Origin: Myxococcales bacterium
GTDB lineage: Bacteria > Myxococcota_A > UBA9042 > JABWCM01 > BTVJ01
Reading direction: 5' to 3'
DNA length: 64,000 nt
Assembly (NCBI GenBank): GCA_045863395.1
Contig: BTVJ01000014.1
Location: 1-64,000 of the forward strand
Made by a program: the position numbers and the translations under genes. The notes beneath the pieces are model-generated. The model searched no databases and was not told the DNA's origin. It worked only from the letters and a program-made list of their open reading frames with translations. This document shows positions 27,340 to 39,212 of this stretch, piece after piece (positions within the stretch are counted from its first letter, which is position 1; the number at the start of each line of letters is the position of its first letter).

Positions 27340-28659
27340 TCAGGGGCGCCCACCTGCGGGGAGCACCCGGGGTAAGGGCGGCGGGTCCCGCCGTGGCAGC
27401 GCGCGGTAGCGCTCCAGGAGCTGCGTGTGGCGGCTGCGCAGCGGCACCTCGCGCCCCTCGATGATGACGGCCTCGGCGACCGTGGACAGCTCGAAGGGGT
27501 CTCCCGACCACACGACGAGGTTGGCACGGCGCCCCGGCTCCAGGGCGCCGATGTCCGCCCGGCCGTAAAGGGTCGCAGGCTCCAGGGTGACCGCCCGCAG
27601 CGCGGCGTCCCACGGCAAGCCGGCGCGGACGGCGTTGCCGGCGAGCTGGCGGAGCGTGCCCACGTCGTGCTTGTACTGGAGCGCGTGGAACGTGGAGACC
27701 ACGACGGGGACGCCCGCGGCGTGCAGCAGCGCCGCAGCGTCCGACCGGGAGCCCAGGGACTCGAACAGCGCGGGCAGGTTCTCCAGGGGCTGGATGACCA
27801 CGGTCACCCGCTCGGCGGCCAGGCGCCGCGCCACCATCCACGCCTCGTTGCCGCCGAGGACGATGGGGCGAAACCCCTGGGACTTGGCCAGGTCCAGGAA
27901 GGCCAGGATGTCGCTGGCCCGCCGCACGACGGCCGCGACGGGGAGGCGCCCCTCGATGACCGGCGTCAGTGCTTCCAGGTCCAGGCGGCTCGCCGCCAAC
28001 GTGCGGGAGCGGTTCTCGTCGAAGAGCGCCTTGTGGTCCCGGTAGAAGCGCACGTCGTCGAAGAGCTCCCGCACCGCGAGGAGCAGCGCGCCCCGGGAGG
28101 CGCCGGTCTGGGGGACGGCCCCCTCGCCGAGCGCCAGGTGCATGGCGACGGACCCTGGCACCACGACCCCATCCCCCCACGGGCCCGCCAGGTCCACCCA
28201 CGTGGACTGCCCTGCGACGAGGCCCCCCGTGGGCGCGGCGACCACGGAGGTCAGCCCCTGGGCGCGGGCGACTGCCAGCGCGACGTTGGCGGGGTTGAAG
28301 CCGTCGGCGGCGAGCGCGGCGGCGCGGACCGGGTCGCCTCCTGCGTCGTCGTCCTTGGTGCCGGCGACGGCGACCACGCCGACCAGACCGAGACGCGTGT
28401 AGGCGTCGACGAGCCCGGGGGTGATCACCTTGCCGCTGACGTCGATGATGCGGGAGTCCGCCGGGGCTGGCAGCGAGGCGCCAACGGCCTGGATCCGGCC
28501 GTCGCGGCCGATCAACACGTCGCCCACCAGAGACGGGCCGGAGACGGGGTGAATCATCGCGCCCCGGAGCAAGGTGGGGCTCGCCGGGCGCTCGGGGCGC
28601 TCGGCGCGGGCTGGGGCTGCGATGACCAGCACGGCGAGGAGCAGCGTCAATCGGCTCAT
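27340..28659 (-). CDS. amidohydrolase-family protein (probably non-catalytic partner subunit)
   Basis: Signal peptide; ITPGLVDAYT lacks the HxH metal ligands; IGALEPGRRANLVVWSGDPF; ATGA overlap with the upstream gene. Confidence 0.85.
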   Translation of the reverse strand: MSRLTLLLAVLVIAAPARAERPERPASPTLLRGAMIHPVSGPSLVGDVLIGRDGRIQAVGASLPAPADSRIIDVSGKVITPGLVDAYTRLGLVGVVAVAGTKDDDAGGDPVRAAALAADGFNPANVALAVARAQGLTSVVAAPTGGLVAGQSTWVDLAGPWGDGVVVPGSVAMHLALGEGAVPQTGASRGALLLAVRELFDDVRFYRDHKALFDENRSRTLAASRLDLEALTPVIEGRLPVAAVVRRASDILAFLDLAKSQGFRPIVLGGNEAWMVARRLAAERVTVVIQPLENLPALFESLGSRSDAAALLHAAGVPVVVSTFHALQYKHDVGTLRQLAGNAVRAGLPWDAALRAVTLEPATLYGRADIGALEPGRRANLVVWSGDPFELSTVAEAVIIEGREVPLRSRHTQLLERYRALPRRDPPPLPRVLPAGGRP

Positions 28660-30074
28660 CGCAGCCCCTCCTCGACGCCGGGGAGGGCACCCAGGTCGAA
28701 GTCGCTCCAGGGCGGGGCCTTGCGCGCCGCGTCCCACTCCCGGACCCCGTCGATCCACACCAGATCCGCGCGGGCGTAGACGCTGAAGGGGTGCGCCGAC
28801 CAGACGACCACGTCTGCCATCTTGCCCACCTCCAGGCTCCCGGTCTGGGCGTCGATGCCCAGCGCCCAGGCCGGGTGGAGCGTGATCCAGCGCAGCGCCT
28901 CCTCGTCGCTCACCTCGATGCCCGCCTGGCGCGCCGCGTAGAGGGCCTTCGCCGCCTCCTGGTTCAGTCGCTGGAGCCCCGTCGCCGAGTCCGAGTGGAT
29001 GATCGCCCGCGCCCCCGCCTCGGCGAGGAGCCCTGCCCCCTGCGGGATGGCGTCGTTGGCCTCCAGCTTGAAGCCCCACCAGTCCGCCCACGTGGACACG
29101 GACGTCTGGTGGGCGGCCAGGACGTCCCGGATCTTGTACGCCTCGACGGCGTGGTGGAACGACCGGACGTGGAAGCCCATCTCGTCGGCCAGCTCCAGCA
29201 TCTGGATCATCTCGTCCGCCCGGTAGCAGTGGACGTGGACGAGGATGCGCCCGTCGAGGGCCGCGGCGAGGGTCTCGAGGCCCAGGTCGCGCGACGGTGG
29301 GGCAGGGCGCTTGTCCTCGCCCTGACCCGAGCGGCGCCAGTCCCGCTCGGCCTCCTGCGCCCGCCGCCAGGTGTCCCGGTACTCGCGGGCCTTCTGGAAG
29401 CGTTCGCGGAACAGCGCCATGTTGCCCATGCGTGTCGACGGCTTCTGCGTGCGCTGGCCGTAGACGCGGCGTGGGTTCTCACCGCAGGCCATCTTGAGTC
29501 CCCAGGGGGCGCCGGGGAAGCGCATGGCCCGCGCCGAGATGCCCGGGTGGAGCTTCACGGTCGTGCTGCGGCCCCCGATGAGGTTGCCTGAGCCGGGCAG
29601 CACCTGGACCGCCGTGACGCCGCCGACCACCGCCCGCTCGATCTGCGGGTCCTGGGGCCAGAAGCCGTGCTCGGCGCGCACGTCCGGCTGGGCGGGGCCG
29701 GTCATCTCGTTGCCGTCCGCCAGGGAGGGGTCGCCCGGCGCCGGGAACACCCCGATGTGCGAGTGGCTGTCGATGATGCCGGGCGCCACGAAGCGCCCGG
29801 TGACGTCGATGACCTGGGCGCCCGGCGGCGGGTCCAGCGGGCCTTCGGAGATGGCGGCGATGCGCCCGTCGCGGATGAGCAGGTTGCCCTTCACCGGGGG
29901 GCCCACGGCGGTCAGCAGGGTGCCGCCGGTCAGGAGGACGGTCTCCGACGGGCGCGAGACCGGCGCGAAGTCCGGCTGGGGCTCCTCGGCGGCGGCGTGG
30001 GGCCGCGGCTCCTTCTTCGGGGGGGCGGTGGCGCAGGCGGTGAGCAGCGCCAGCGCAATGAACGGTGCGCGCAT
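28656..30074 (-). CDS. amidohydrolase-family lipoprotein
   Basis: Lipobox [52 protein letters not shown]. Confidence 0.9.
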   Translation of the reverse strand: MRAPFIALALLTACATAPPKKEPRPHAAAEEPQPDFAPVSRPSETVLLTGGTLLTAVGPPVKGNLLIRDGRIAAISEGPLDPPPGAQVIDVTGRFVAPGIIDSHSHIGVFPAPGDPSLADGNEMTGPAQPDVRAEHGFWPQDPQIERAVVGGVTAVQVLPGSGNLIGGRSTTVKLHPGISARAMRFPGAPWGLKMACGENPRRVYGQRTQKPSTRMGNMALFRERFQKAREYRDTWRRAQEAERDWRRSGQGEDKRPAPPSRDLGLETLAAALDGRILVHVHCYRADEMIQMLELADEMGFHVRSFHHAVEAYKIRDVLAAHQTSVSTWADWWGFKLEANDAIPQGAGLLAEAGARAIIHSDSATGLQRLNQEAAKALYAARQAGIEVSDEEALRWITLHPAWALGIDAQTGSLEVGKMADVVVWSAHPFSVYARADLVWIDGVREWDAARKAPPWSDFDLGALPGVEEGLR

Positions 30075-30196
30075 CGTGATCCTCGGTCCAAGGGGGCTGG
30101 GCGACCCCGCGCGGGGGGTGGAGCGGGTGTATCGCAAGCGGCGGGGGCGCACAAGGGGTGCTTGCGGGCGCGGGGCTGGGGGGCTACCCTGGGGTC

Positions 30197-30760
30197 ATGC
30201 TGAACCTCAGCCTCATCGCCCCCGACTCTCCCCGCCCGCTGCTCCGCGAGGAGTACGACCGCATGGTGGAGCTCGGCTTCTTCGAAGACGAGCGGGTGGA
30301 GCTCCTCGATGGAATGGTCGTCCAGATGAGCCCTCAAGGATCGCAGCACGCCTGGGTCATCAGGCGCCTCACGGGGTTGCTCGTGCGGGGTCTCGGAGCC
30401 CGGGCCGAACTCTGCCCCCAGCTCCCCTTCGCCGCCTCCGACAGCTCCGAGCCCGAGCCCGACCTGATGGTCGTGGAGCCCGACCTCGGTCCCGAGGCCC
30501 ACCCGTCCTCCGCCTTCCTCGTCGTGGAGGTCGCCCAGACGTCGCAGCGCAAGGACCGGCTTCTCAAGGCCCGCATCTACGCCGCGGCCGGGGTCCCCGA
30601 GCTCTGGCTCATCGACCTCGTGGCGGGCACGCTGTCCGTGCTCACGGAGCCCGACGGGCAAGGGTATCGCAACGAGCGGCGCTACGGGCGCGGCGACACG
30701 GTCGCTCCCACCTCCTTCCCCGACCTCGTGCTCCGCGTCGAGGACTTCATCCCCGCCTGA
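30197..30760 (+). CDS. Uma2-family (PD-(D/E)xK) endonuclease
   Basis: [38 protein letters not shown]. Confidence 0.9.
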   Translation: MLNLSLIAPDSPRPLLREEYDRMVELGFFEDERVELLDGMVVQMSPQGSQHAWVIRRLTGLLVRGLGARAELCPQLPFAASDSSEPEPDLMVVEPDLGPEAHPSSAFLVVEVAQTSQRKDRLLKARIYAAAGVPELWLIDLVAGTLSVLTEPDGQGYRNERRYGRGDTVAPTSFPDLVLRVEDFIPA

Positions 30761-30880
30761 CCCGCCGCGCCCATCGACGTGGTTGCTTCGGCCGTCGCAG
30801 AGGCACCTTCCGCGCCCCGCGCCGATGTGATACACCGCCTGCGGCGCGCCCCGGGGACGCGGGGCCGCGGCGAGGGCGTC

Positions 30881-31948
30881 ATGGCGACCATCCGGCTCCC
30901 CGGGCTCATCGACGTGCACGTGCACATGCGGGAGCCGGGGGCGACCCACAAGGAAGACTGGGACTCGGGCACGGCGGCCGCCCTGGCTGGCGGCTTCACG
31001 ACCGTCCTCGCCATGCCCAACACCGCGCCCCCGGTGACCGACGCCGCCTCCTTGGGGCTGGCGGACGCGGCCGCCCGCGCAAAGGCGCGGTGCGACTATG
31101 GGCACTTCGTCGGCGCCGGCCCCGACAACGCTGCCGCGGCTGCGGCGGTCGCCCAGCGGACCGTCGGCCTGAAGATGTACCTGGACCAGACCTACGGCCC
31201 CCTGCGGCTCGACGACCTGAGCCTGTGGATGGACCACCTGGAGCGGTGGCCAGCGGGGCGACCCATCGTCGCCCACGCGGAGGGGCGCTCCGTGCCGGCG
31301 ATCATCCTGCTGGCGCACCTGTCCGGGCGCAGCATCCACATCTGCCACGTGGCGCGGCGCGACGAGATCCTGGCCATCCGGCGCGCCAAGGACGCGGGGC
31401 TGGCGGTCACCTGCGAGGTGGCGCCGCACCACCTGCTGCTCTCGACGTCAGACGTCCCGTGCCTCGGCGAGGGCAGGGCGGAGGTGCGCCCCCGGCTGGA
31501 GACGGCGCGGGACCGCGAGGCCCTGTGGGAGCACCTGGCGGCCATCGACTGCTTCGCGACGGACCACGCGCCCCACCTGCTCGCCGAGAAGGACGGGCCC
31601 AAGCCCCCGCCGGGCTATCCCGGGCTGGAGACGGCGCTGCCGCTCCTGCTGACGGCGGTCCACGAGGGGCGCCTCACGCTGGAGGACCTGGTGGAGCGGC
31701 TCCACCACGCGCCGCGGCGCTTGTTCGGGCTGCCCGAGCAGCCGGAGACGTGGATCGAGGTGGACACGGACGCGGAGTGGAGCATCCCCGAGGTGCCGCG
31801 GTGGTCGCGCGCCCGGTGGACGCCGTTTGCGGGGCGCGCGGTGCGCGGGCGCGTGTGCCGCGTGGTGCTGCGGGGCGCGGAGGCGATGCACGACGGCGAG
31901 GTGCTCGCCGCGCCGGGGACCGGACGCGACGTGCGCGGTGGGCCGTAG
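30881..31948 (+). CDS. pyrC: dihydroorotase, CAD-like
   Basis: [45 protein letters not shown]; first gene of the pyr cluster. Confidence 0.92.
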   Translation: MATIRLPGLIDVHVHMREPGATHKEDWDSGTAAALAGGFTTVLAMPNTAPPVTDAASLGLADAAARAKARCDYGHFVGAGPDNAAAAAAVAQRTVGLKMYLDQTYGPLRLDDLSLWMDHLERWPAGRPIVAHAEGRSVPAIILLAHLSGRSIHICHVARRDEILAIRRAKDAGLAVTCEVAPHHLLLSTSDVPCLGEGRAEVRPRLETARDREALWEHLAAIDCFATDHAPHLLAEKDGPKPPPGYPGLETALPLLLTAVHEGRLTLEDLVERLHHAPRRLFGLPEQPETWIEVDTDAEWSIPEVPRWSRARWTPFAGRAVRGRVCRVVLRGAEAMHDGEVLAAPGTGRDVRGGP

Positions 31949-32052
31949 CGCCCGAGGTCCCCGAGACCCCAGAGACTTCAGCGAGCCCGCGCCCCGTGCC
32001 GCGGACCAGACAGCCCCCTGAGCCGGACAACCCTGACACCCGAGAGGACACC

Positions 32053-33048
32053 ATGGCCTACCGTCCCCCGACCGAGCGCCGCTCCCAGAGCCCGTATGTG
32101 CCCTTCGGCGACCGCCGTGACGCCGCCTTCTACGGCAAGGACATCCTCTCGGTGCGCCAGTTTGGCCGCCCGGACCTCGAGTATGTCTTCGGCGTGGCCC
32201 ACGAGATGCGCGAGATGGTCGCGCGGGTCGGCTCCTTCGACCTGCTCAAGGGCAAGGTCCTCGCCAACCTCTTCTACGAGCCCTCCACCCGCACGTCGTC
32301 GTCCTTCACGGCGGCCATGGAGCGCCTCGGCGGCAGCGTCATCCCCATCAACGAGGTGCGGTACTCCTCGGTGTCGAAGGGGGAATCCCTGCCGGACACG
32401 GTGCGCACCCTGGAGTGCTACGCGGACGTCATCGTGCTCCGCCACCCCGAGACGGGCGCGGCGGCCCTGGCCGCGCAGTACGCGAAGAAGCCGATCATCA
32501 ACGCGGGGGACGGGACGGGGGAGCACCCGACCCAGGCGCTGCTGGATCTGTTCACCATCCGGGAGGAGCTGGGCCGGGTCGACGGCCTGACCATCACGAT
32601 GCTCGGCGACCTGAAGTACGGGCGCACGGTGCACTCGCTGGCGCGGCTCCTGTCCCAGTTCGACGTGCGGCTCCGCTACGTGGCGCCGGACCTCCTGGCC
32701 ATGCCTCGCGAGGTCGTGGAGGAGGTCGCTGCCCGGGAGGTGATCCAGTCCGAGCACCGGGACCTGGACGGCGTGCTCGCCGACACGGACGTGCTGTACG
32801 TCACCCGCGTCCAGAAGGAGCGCTTCGCCGACCAGGGCGAGTACGAGAGCGTGCGCGACGCCTACGTCATCGGGGCGGACACCCTGCGCGCGGCCAAGGA
32901 TGAGATGATCGTCATGCACCCCTTCCCGCGGGTCAACGAGATCTCCATGGACGTGGACGACGACCCGCGCGCGGCCTACTTCCGGCAGATGGAGTACGGC
33001 CTCTACGTGCGCATGGCGCTCCTCGCGATGGTGCTGGGGAAGGCGTGA
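32053..33048 (+). CDS. pyrB: aspartate carbamoyltransferase catalytic chain
   Basis: [63 protein letters not shown]. Confidence 0.95.
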   Translation: MAYRPPTERRSQSPYVPFGDRRDAAFYGKDILSVRQFGRPDLEYVFGVAHEMREMVARVGSFDLLKGKVLANLFYEPSTRTSSSFTAAMERLGGSVIPINEVRYSSVSKGESLPDTVRTLECYADVIVLRHPETGAAALAAQYAKKPIINAGDGTGEHPTQALLDLFTIREELGRVDGLTITMLGDLKYGRTVHSLARLLSQFDVRLRYVAPDLLAMPREVVEEVAAREVIQSEHRDLDGVLADTDVLYVTRVQKERFADQGEYESVRDAYVIGADTLRAAKDEMIVMHPFPRVNEISMDVDDDPRAAYFRQMEYGLYVRMALLAMVLGKA

Positions 33049-34436
33049 TGGGCTTCTTCGACCGTCTGGAGGCGCGCGTCCGGCAGGTGGGGCTCCTATG
33101 CGTCGGCATCGACCCGCACCCGGGGGACGTGCTCGCGGTGGCCGGGCTCCGCGCCTGGTGCATGAGGCTCGTGGAGGCGACCGCGCCCGTCGCCGCGGCC
33201 TTCAAGCCCAACGCCGCCTTCTTCGAGGCCTATGGTGCCGACGGGGTCGCGGTGCTCCGCGAGGTCATCCGGGCGGTCCCGGACCAGATCCCGGTGATCC
33301 TGGACGTCAAGCGCGGCGACATCGCCTCCACGGCGGAGGCCTACGCCCAGGCAGCCTACGAGGCGCTCGGCGCGGACGCCGTCACCGTGAGCCCGTACCT
33401 GGGGCCCGACGCCGTGGAGCCCTTCGTGCGGGACCCTGAGCACGCCGCCTTCGTGCTGTGCCGCACCTCGAACCGCGGGGCCGCACCGGTCCAGGAGGCG
33501 ACCCTGGCTGGTGGGGAGCTGCTCTACGAGCACGTCGCCCGCTCGGCCGCGTCCTGGAGCCGCCACCCCAACGTGGGGTTGGTCGTTGGGGCGACGGAGG
33601 TCGACGCGCTGAGGCGGGTGCGGCAGGTGGCGCCCGGGGCGTGGATCCTGGCGCCGGGGGTCGGTGCGCAGGGCGGCGACCTCGGGAGGGCCCTGGACGC
33701 GGGGCTGCGGGACGACGGCCTTGGGATGCTGATCCCCGTGTCCCGGGCGCTGGGGCGCGCGGCGAACCCGCGGGCAGCCGCAGAGGCGCTGCGCGACGCC
33801 ATCGCCACGCACCGGGCCGTGCGCCCCGCGGAGCCGGCGGTGCCCGAGGCGCTGGCGCGGGGGCTCATCGACGCGGGGTGCGTGCGCTTCGGCGCCTTCA
33901 CCCTCAAGTCTGGCCTCGTCTCTCCCATGTACATCGATCTGCGGCGGCTGGCGGGCTTCCCAAGCCTCATGCGGCTGGTCGCCGACGCGTATGTCTCGCT
34001 GATGAGGCGGCTCTCGTTCGACTGCGTCGCAGCGCTCCCCTACGCGGCGCTCCCCATCGGCACGGCGGTGTGCCTCCATGGGGGGTGGCCCCTGATCTAC
34101 CCCCGACGGGAGGCCAAGGGCTACGGCACCGGCGCCGACGTGGAGGGGGTCTTCGAGGCGGGCCAGACGGCGGTGGTGCTCGACGACCTGGCGACGACCG
34201 GCCTGAGCAAGCTCCAGGCGGTCTCGCGGCTGGAGGAGGCGGGCCTGCGGGTGAGCGACATGGTGGTCCTCATCGATCGCGAATCTGGGGCGCGGGAGGC
34301 CTTGGCGAAGAGCGGCTTCACCATGCACGCGGTCCTGCGCTTCTCGGACCTGCTCACGTTCTGGGAGCAGCGGGGCCTCGTCGCCCCCGAGCAGGTGACG
34401 GCGGCGCGGGAGTTCATCGCGCGGACCAGCCTGTGA
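33048..34436 (+). CDS. pyrF: bifunctional OMP decarboxylase / orotate phosphoribosyltransferase (PyrF-PyrE fusion)
   Basis: N-terminal LCVGIDP, FKPN, LDVKRGDI, LAPGVGAQGG; C-terminal FTLKSG, YPRREAKGYGT, VLDDLATTG; TGATG coupling with pyrB. Confidence 0.93.
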   Translation: MGFFDRLEARVRQVGLLCVGIDPHPGDVLAVAGLRAWCMRLVEATAPVAAAFKPNAAFFEAYGADGVAVLREVIRAVPDQIPVILDVKRGDIASTAEAYAQAAYEALGADAVTVSPYLGPDAVEPFVRDPEHAAFVLCRTSNRGAAPVQEATLAGGELLYEHVARSAASWSRHPNVGLVVGATEVDALRRVRQVAPGAWILAPGVGAQGGDLGRALDAGLRDDGLGMLIPVSRALGRAANPRAAAEALRDAIATHRAVRPAEPAVPEALARGLIDAGCVRFGAFTLKSGLVSPMYIDLRRLAGFPSLMRLVADAYVSLMRRLSFDCVAALPYAALPIGTAVCLHGGWPLIYPRREAKGYGTGADVEGVFEAGQTAVVLDDLATTGLSKLQAVSRLEEAGLRVSDMVVLIDRESGAREALAKSGFTMHAVLRFSDLLTFWEQRGLVAPEQVTAAREFIARTSL

Positions 34437-35452
34437 GCACGCTCGCCTGGCGCGCCGCGCGGGCCGCCCTGTTCCGCCTCGACCCCGAGCGCGCCCACGG
34501 GCTGACGCTGCGGGCCCTGCGCCTCGCCGGCGCTCTGGGGTCAGGCCGCGCCGTGCTGGGTGCGCTCTTCAGCGGACCTGGCCGGCCCGTCAGCGCCTTT
34601 GGGCTCACCTTCCCCAACGCGGTCGGCGTCGCCGCAGGCTACGACAAGGACGCCCTCGCGCTGCACGGCCTCGCCGCCATGGGCTTCGGCCACGTGGAGG
34701 TGGGGACGGTCACTCCCCGAGCGCAGCCGGGCAACCCGCGCCCCCGGCTCTTCCGCCTGCCAGAGGACCGCGCGGTCGTGAACCGCCTGGGCTTCCCGGG
34801 GGAGGGCGCTGGCGTCGTGGCGGCGCGCCTGCGCCACCCGCCCGCAGGGGTGGTCGTCGGCGTGAACATCGGCAAGCAGAAGGACACGCCCCTGGAGGCC
34901 GCAGCCGAGGACTATGCGGGGCTCGTGACGGCGCTCGGCCCCCTCGCCGGCTACCTGGCCGTCAACGTCAGCTCCCCGAACACGGTGGGCCTGCGGCGCC
35001 TCCAGGCCCGCGACGCCCTCGAGGAGCTGCTGCGCGCCGTAGGGGGCGCGCGGGATGCCCTGCCGCGGCGGGTGCCCGTGCTCGTCAAGCTGGCGCCGGA
35101 CCTGACGGACGCGGAGCTGGACGACGCGCTCGGCGCAGTGGAAGGGGCCGGCATGGACGGGGTGATCGCCACCAACACGACGCTGTCCCGCGAGGGGCTA
35201 CGTGGGGCGGCCCGGGGTGAGGCGGGCGGCCTCTCGGGGGCGCCGCTCCGGGCCAGGTCCGCGGCGGTGCTCGCTGCCATCGTTCGCCGCACCTCGCTGC
35301 CCGTCATCTCTGCCGGGGGCATCGACTCTCCAGACGAGGCGTGTCGCCGCCTCGACGCCGGCGCCCGCCTGGTCCAGCTCTACACCGGCCTCATCTACGA
35401 GGGTCCGGGCCTGCTCCGCCGCACGTTGAGGGCCATCGCCTCACGCCGCTGA
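34433..35452 (+). CDS. pyrD: quinone-dependent dihydroorotate dehydrogenase (class 2)
   Basis: DPERAH, AAGYDK, GNPRPRLFR, NRLGF, NVSSPNT, VKLAPD, GGLSG, QLYTG; GTGA overlap. Confidence 0.95.
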   Translation: MSTLAWRAARAALFRLDPERAHGLTLRALRLAGALGSGRAVLGALFSGPGRPVSAFGLTFPNAVGVAAGYDKDALALHGLAAMGFGHVEVGTVTPRAQPGNPRPRLFRLPEDRAVVNRLGFPGEGAGVVAARLRHPPAGVVVGVNIGKQKDTPLEAAAEDYAGLVTALGPLAGYLAVNVSSPNTVGLRRLQARDALEELLRAVGGARDALPRRVPVLVKLAPDLTDAELDDALGAVEGAGMDGVIATNTTLSREGLRGAARGEAGGLSGAPLRARSAAVLAAIVRRTSLPVISAGGIDSPDEACRRLDAGARLVQLYTGLIYEGPGLLRRTLRAIASRR

Positions 35453-35496
35453 GCGGCGCCCGCAGGATCACGCGCTGAGAGTGTGGCCGCTCCCCG

Positions 35497-38400
35497 TTGT
35501 TGCGTTGCACGCCCGGCGCCGGTCCCCGTTGCATCGGAGATGTCAGCGTAGCGGAGCTCCACGGTTGGCTGCTCGAGTGCGTAGTGCCACCGGAGGCCGG
35601 ATCATGGCACCGCGACTTTACCGGGGTGGCTGCAGGCGATGCCCTGATCCCGCCTCCGTTGACTGTGGAGGGCGACGGCTCCATCACGACGGTCGACGAG
35701 CTCGTGGCGCGGGTTCGGAATGACGAGCAGTCCAAACGCATAGCGGTGCAAGGGTCCGCGAAGTCCGGCCGCACGACCCTGGTGTCTTGCTTGGTGGCTG
35801 TCGGCTTTCTGGAGTCCACCTGGGGCGGCTCACTGAGCCCCGGGGACGAGGACATGGCGCGGCTCTGGGCGGCCATCGGGACAGCGAGTGCGGGGCTCCC
35901 GCGGCACCGGCTGGGGAGCCCTGAGGCCATCGCCGTGGCGCGGTGGTGGCCAGCGCTCGGTGTTACGGTCGAGCGCCTCGCCTCGTGGCTGGCGGCGCTT
36001 CCGCCGATGCAGGCAGTCGATGGTGGGCGCGTTCTTGTCGCGTTCATGGCCGCCACGTCTCGCGAGTCCGCAATCGACCAGACCACCACGATGCTCGCAC
36101 CGAGTCGCGATGGGGCACGCGCCGAGCTCACGGGGTTGTGGGCCGCTGCGGTGTGTGGGGTGGCATCGACGCCCATGAACCACCTGGGTGTCCAGCTCAG
36201 TCGCGAGCTGGTGAGCTCCTTTCCGGTGGCATCCGGGCGCCTTGCGGCCCTGTTGCCTCCGCTCGACGCTGTCGAGCCGTATCAGGATCTGCGTGGCCAC
36301 CTGCCACCAGGGGTCGCGACGGTGCTCGACGCTTGGGAGCCGATCCTGGAAGCTGACCTCGGTGGCGAGAGCATGTCGTTCTACTACAGGACCCTGGGCT
36401 GCTGGACCCCAGGTGCAACGAAGGACACGCTTGTGGGGGTGCTGTGTCCGGTCCAAGTGTTCCCGCGAGAGATGGAGCGCTGGGTGGTTGGTGGGCGACG
36501 CCCTCAGCACAGTCCCCAGTGGGGACCTGAGGACTTCGAGGCGCTTGAGGACGCGGCCTGTGCCGGGGACTCCGCCTTGGCGGCGCTGCTCGCGGGGCAC
36601 GACGTTCCAGCCGTCGCAAGGGCTGAGCCCCTGTACACACTCGATCCTGAGGATGACGACGAACCGGCCGCCATCGAGGGAGGGCATGTCAGGCCGAGCG
36701 TCTCTGATCATCCGTGGTCGTCTCTCCCGGCGGGGCTCAGACTTCGGTGGCTCGGGAGAGGACTCGCCCGCGGAACGTCGGCGCCGTGGGGTCTCCTCAA
36801 GGCCGTCTCTCTCACCCTGCGCGGTCCCATCGACATGGACGCCCTCAAGAGGGCGTGTGAGGCCGTTGGACCGCAATCAGTCGAGGAGCGGTTCATCCGC
36901 GCGCTGGACACCAGGCGACTTGGCTCAGGTGGCTGGCCGTTTGAGCCGCAGGTCGTCGTCGAGCTGGCGCGCCGCATCGAGCTGCGGGCGCTCCTCCGCC
37001 ATCTGGAGGCCTACGCCGTCGAGGTGCTCGCAAGCTACCCTGTGCGGCGAGTGCCGGGCGGGTACGAGCGGATCCCGTGCTGGGTCCTTGGCGCGGAGTG
37101 GAGGGCGAAGCCCGCCGATGTGCCGGTGGGTCTCTGGGATCTGCTCGTGGCCCTCGACGGGCTCGGCCAGCGCGCGGCCGAGCTGCTGCACGCGATGGGC
37201 GACGAGGAGCCCCTGCGGGCCCGGGCCGCCACGACAGGCCGCTTGGTGGCAACCGCGGAGCTCGAGGACCGCGTGAAGCTGGCGGATGACCTGTGGTTCG
37301 GGGAGACTTGGGACCCGGCGGAGCTGTTGCGGGTACCGCTGTCCGACGAAGCGGCCCTCGCTCAGTTTGCCCGCTGGCGTACGTCCATCCACGCCTACGA
37401 GGGGCCCCATGAGTGGTCGTCGCTCGTCGATGACGCCGGCAAGCGTGCGGCCTGGCTTCGCGAAGTGCTCCGATACAGCCAGGGCTCCGCGCGGCGGCAA
37501 GGGTTGCCCCTCCACCTGCCCGCAGATGCCGCCGCGCTCGACTGCTCCGAGGGCCTGACGCGCCGCGCGCTCCTGCTCTGGGTGGCGCTCCACGAGGTCG
37601 GGGCCCGGGACCTGACGCCCGAGGTCCGCGCATGGATCCACGAGCTGCCACACGGGCGGTCGGTGTGGAGGGCCTCTCGGGCCCTCGATGAGGTCTCCGC
37701 GGAGCGTGCCGACGAAGCGCTCCGTGCGCTCGCCATGCGCCGGGACAGGCCAGGTGTGGTCACTGCCATCGAGTCTCGGCTCGTCGCCCACGCGGCGGAC
37801 GGGGAGGGGATTCGGACCGCGCAGCGATGGGTCGCGGACCTCGACCGAGTCTGGCGCGAGGAGCCGGCAGTGGCTGGCGCGGCGCAAGGAGGTGGGGGCT
37901 GCGGAGCGCGTCGCTGCGGTCTGGCTCTCGGTGGACGACCCGTTCCTGGGCCCAGCGGAGTTCGGCTATCGTGACGGCCTCGTGTACGGCGGCAGGGCGA
38001 CGCGGCTCCGCCTCCTGTCGGAGCACCCTGCCACGGGCGGTGCCACCGTCGCCGAGGCCAGGTTGGAGCGGTGGTGGGCCACGGCGCCCGCCGAGTGGAG
38101 TGACGAAGGGCTGGAGCGGCCCACGTGGCTCTCCCATATCAGACCGTTCGAGCAGGATCGCGCGAGCCTGATGGGAGTATCGCCCCGCGACTGGATCGTA
38201 CAGACGGCCCTCCGCATGGGCGCCCGCTCACTGGTGCTCGAGTGGGGGCGCGTCGCCGCTGCGCGACCCGACGGCCATGAGGCGTGGCCACGATCCTTGC
38301 GTGACGCGTGGGTGGCGGAGGCGCCCATCACCGAGGTAGCGGAGGTCGCTGCCCGCGCCGAGAAGGGCCTCGCCTGGCTCGGGGCAATGGAGCGACTTCA

Positions 38401-38683
38401 CCGCGATGCACCGGCGACGTTGGTCCGGCTCGTCGAGATGGGCTTCCGCGAAGATCCCCACCTCCTCGAATGGGCGCTGGATCTGGAGCCCGAGTCGGTC
38501 GTGTCGCACTTTATGGAGCTCATCGAGGAGCAGCCCCAACGGCGGGTAGCGCTCCTTCGGATGATGACGCGCCTGGCAAGACCGCTCCGATTCTACGGCT
38601 CAGACGTCTCGGTCCTGATCCTCGATCTGGTCGCGCGTGCCATGACCCGCGCCTCGGGGGACGCGCCGCCCGCCGACCCTTGA
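35497..38683 (+). pseudogene. large hypothetical gene with degenerate P-loop, split by a +1 frameshift near 37864
   Basis: ORFs 35497..37974 and 37688..38683 join as ...VWREE/RQWLARRKEV... if one C at 37864-37865 is removed; IAVQGSAKSGRTT is Walker-A-like; codon usage is atypical for the window. Confidence 0.55.
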
Positions 38684-38839
38684 GCAAGGTTTGGCGATGC
38701 CTGTCTCGCGGCTCTTGGAGAGGCGCCTGAATCGATTCCTCGCACGGAGTCCCCCGGGTCGGGCTCCGCACCGGCGGTCGACTCTCCGCCACACTCCCTG
38801 CCGCCGTCCCGGCGTGGCGCCGACGCTCATACGGTGCGC

Positions 38840-39107
38840 CCTCCGCGCGTGAGGCTCCGGCGGGTTGCAGGTCCACGATACTCCCGGCGACGCGCTTCTC
38901 CAGGCGAACGTCTCCATGTACCAGCGTGGGAGCGGTGCCATCCCGCTAGCCCGAGAGGCTCCACTCGGGGGCGGGATGCAGGGCGTCGAGGACGGTCGAC
39001 TTGCCCGCGCCGTTCGTCCCTGCGAGCGCCGTCGCCGCCGGGTGCGGCTCGAAGGTGTAGTCCTCGAAGCATCTGAGGATCGGTGGATGGATCTGCCCGA
39101 ACCTCAT
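38840..39107 (-). pseudogene. N-terminal remnant of an ABC/AAA_21-like ATPase
   Basis: MRFGQIHPPILRCFEDYTFEPHPAATALAGTNGAGKSTVLDAL, in-frame TAG at 38946-38948, then HGDVRLEKR...; no Walker B follows. The 3' limit is approximate. Confidence 0.65.
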
Positions 39108-39212
39108 CCCGCACGCTCCTCCGCCGCCTGTCCACTGCTCGCCACCGACACGTCGCGGCAGAGGCACTCTGACCGCGCACCATCGGGGCGACCTTGGCGA
39201 AGGTGGCGACTT

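Noticed and set aside
29494..33048. 1184-aa ORF as a single real protein
   Set aside because: Only the last 331 aa are ATCase; the rest is an off-frame shadow over the amidohydrolase, Uma2 and pyrC genes.
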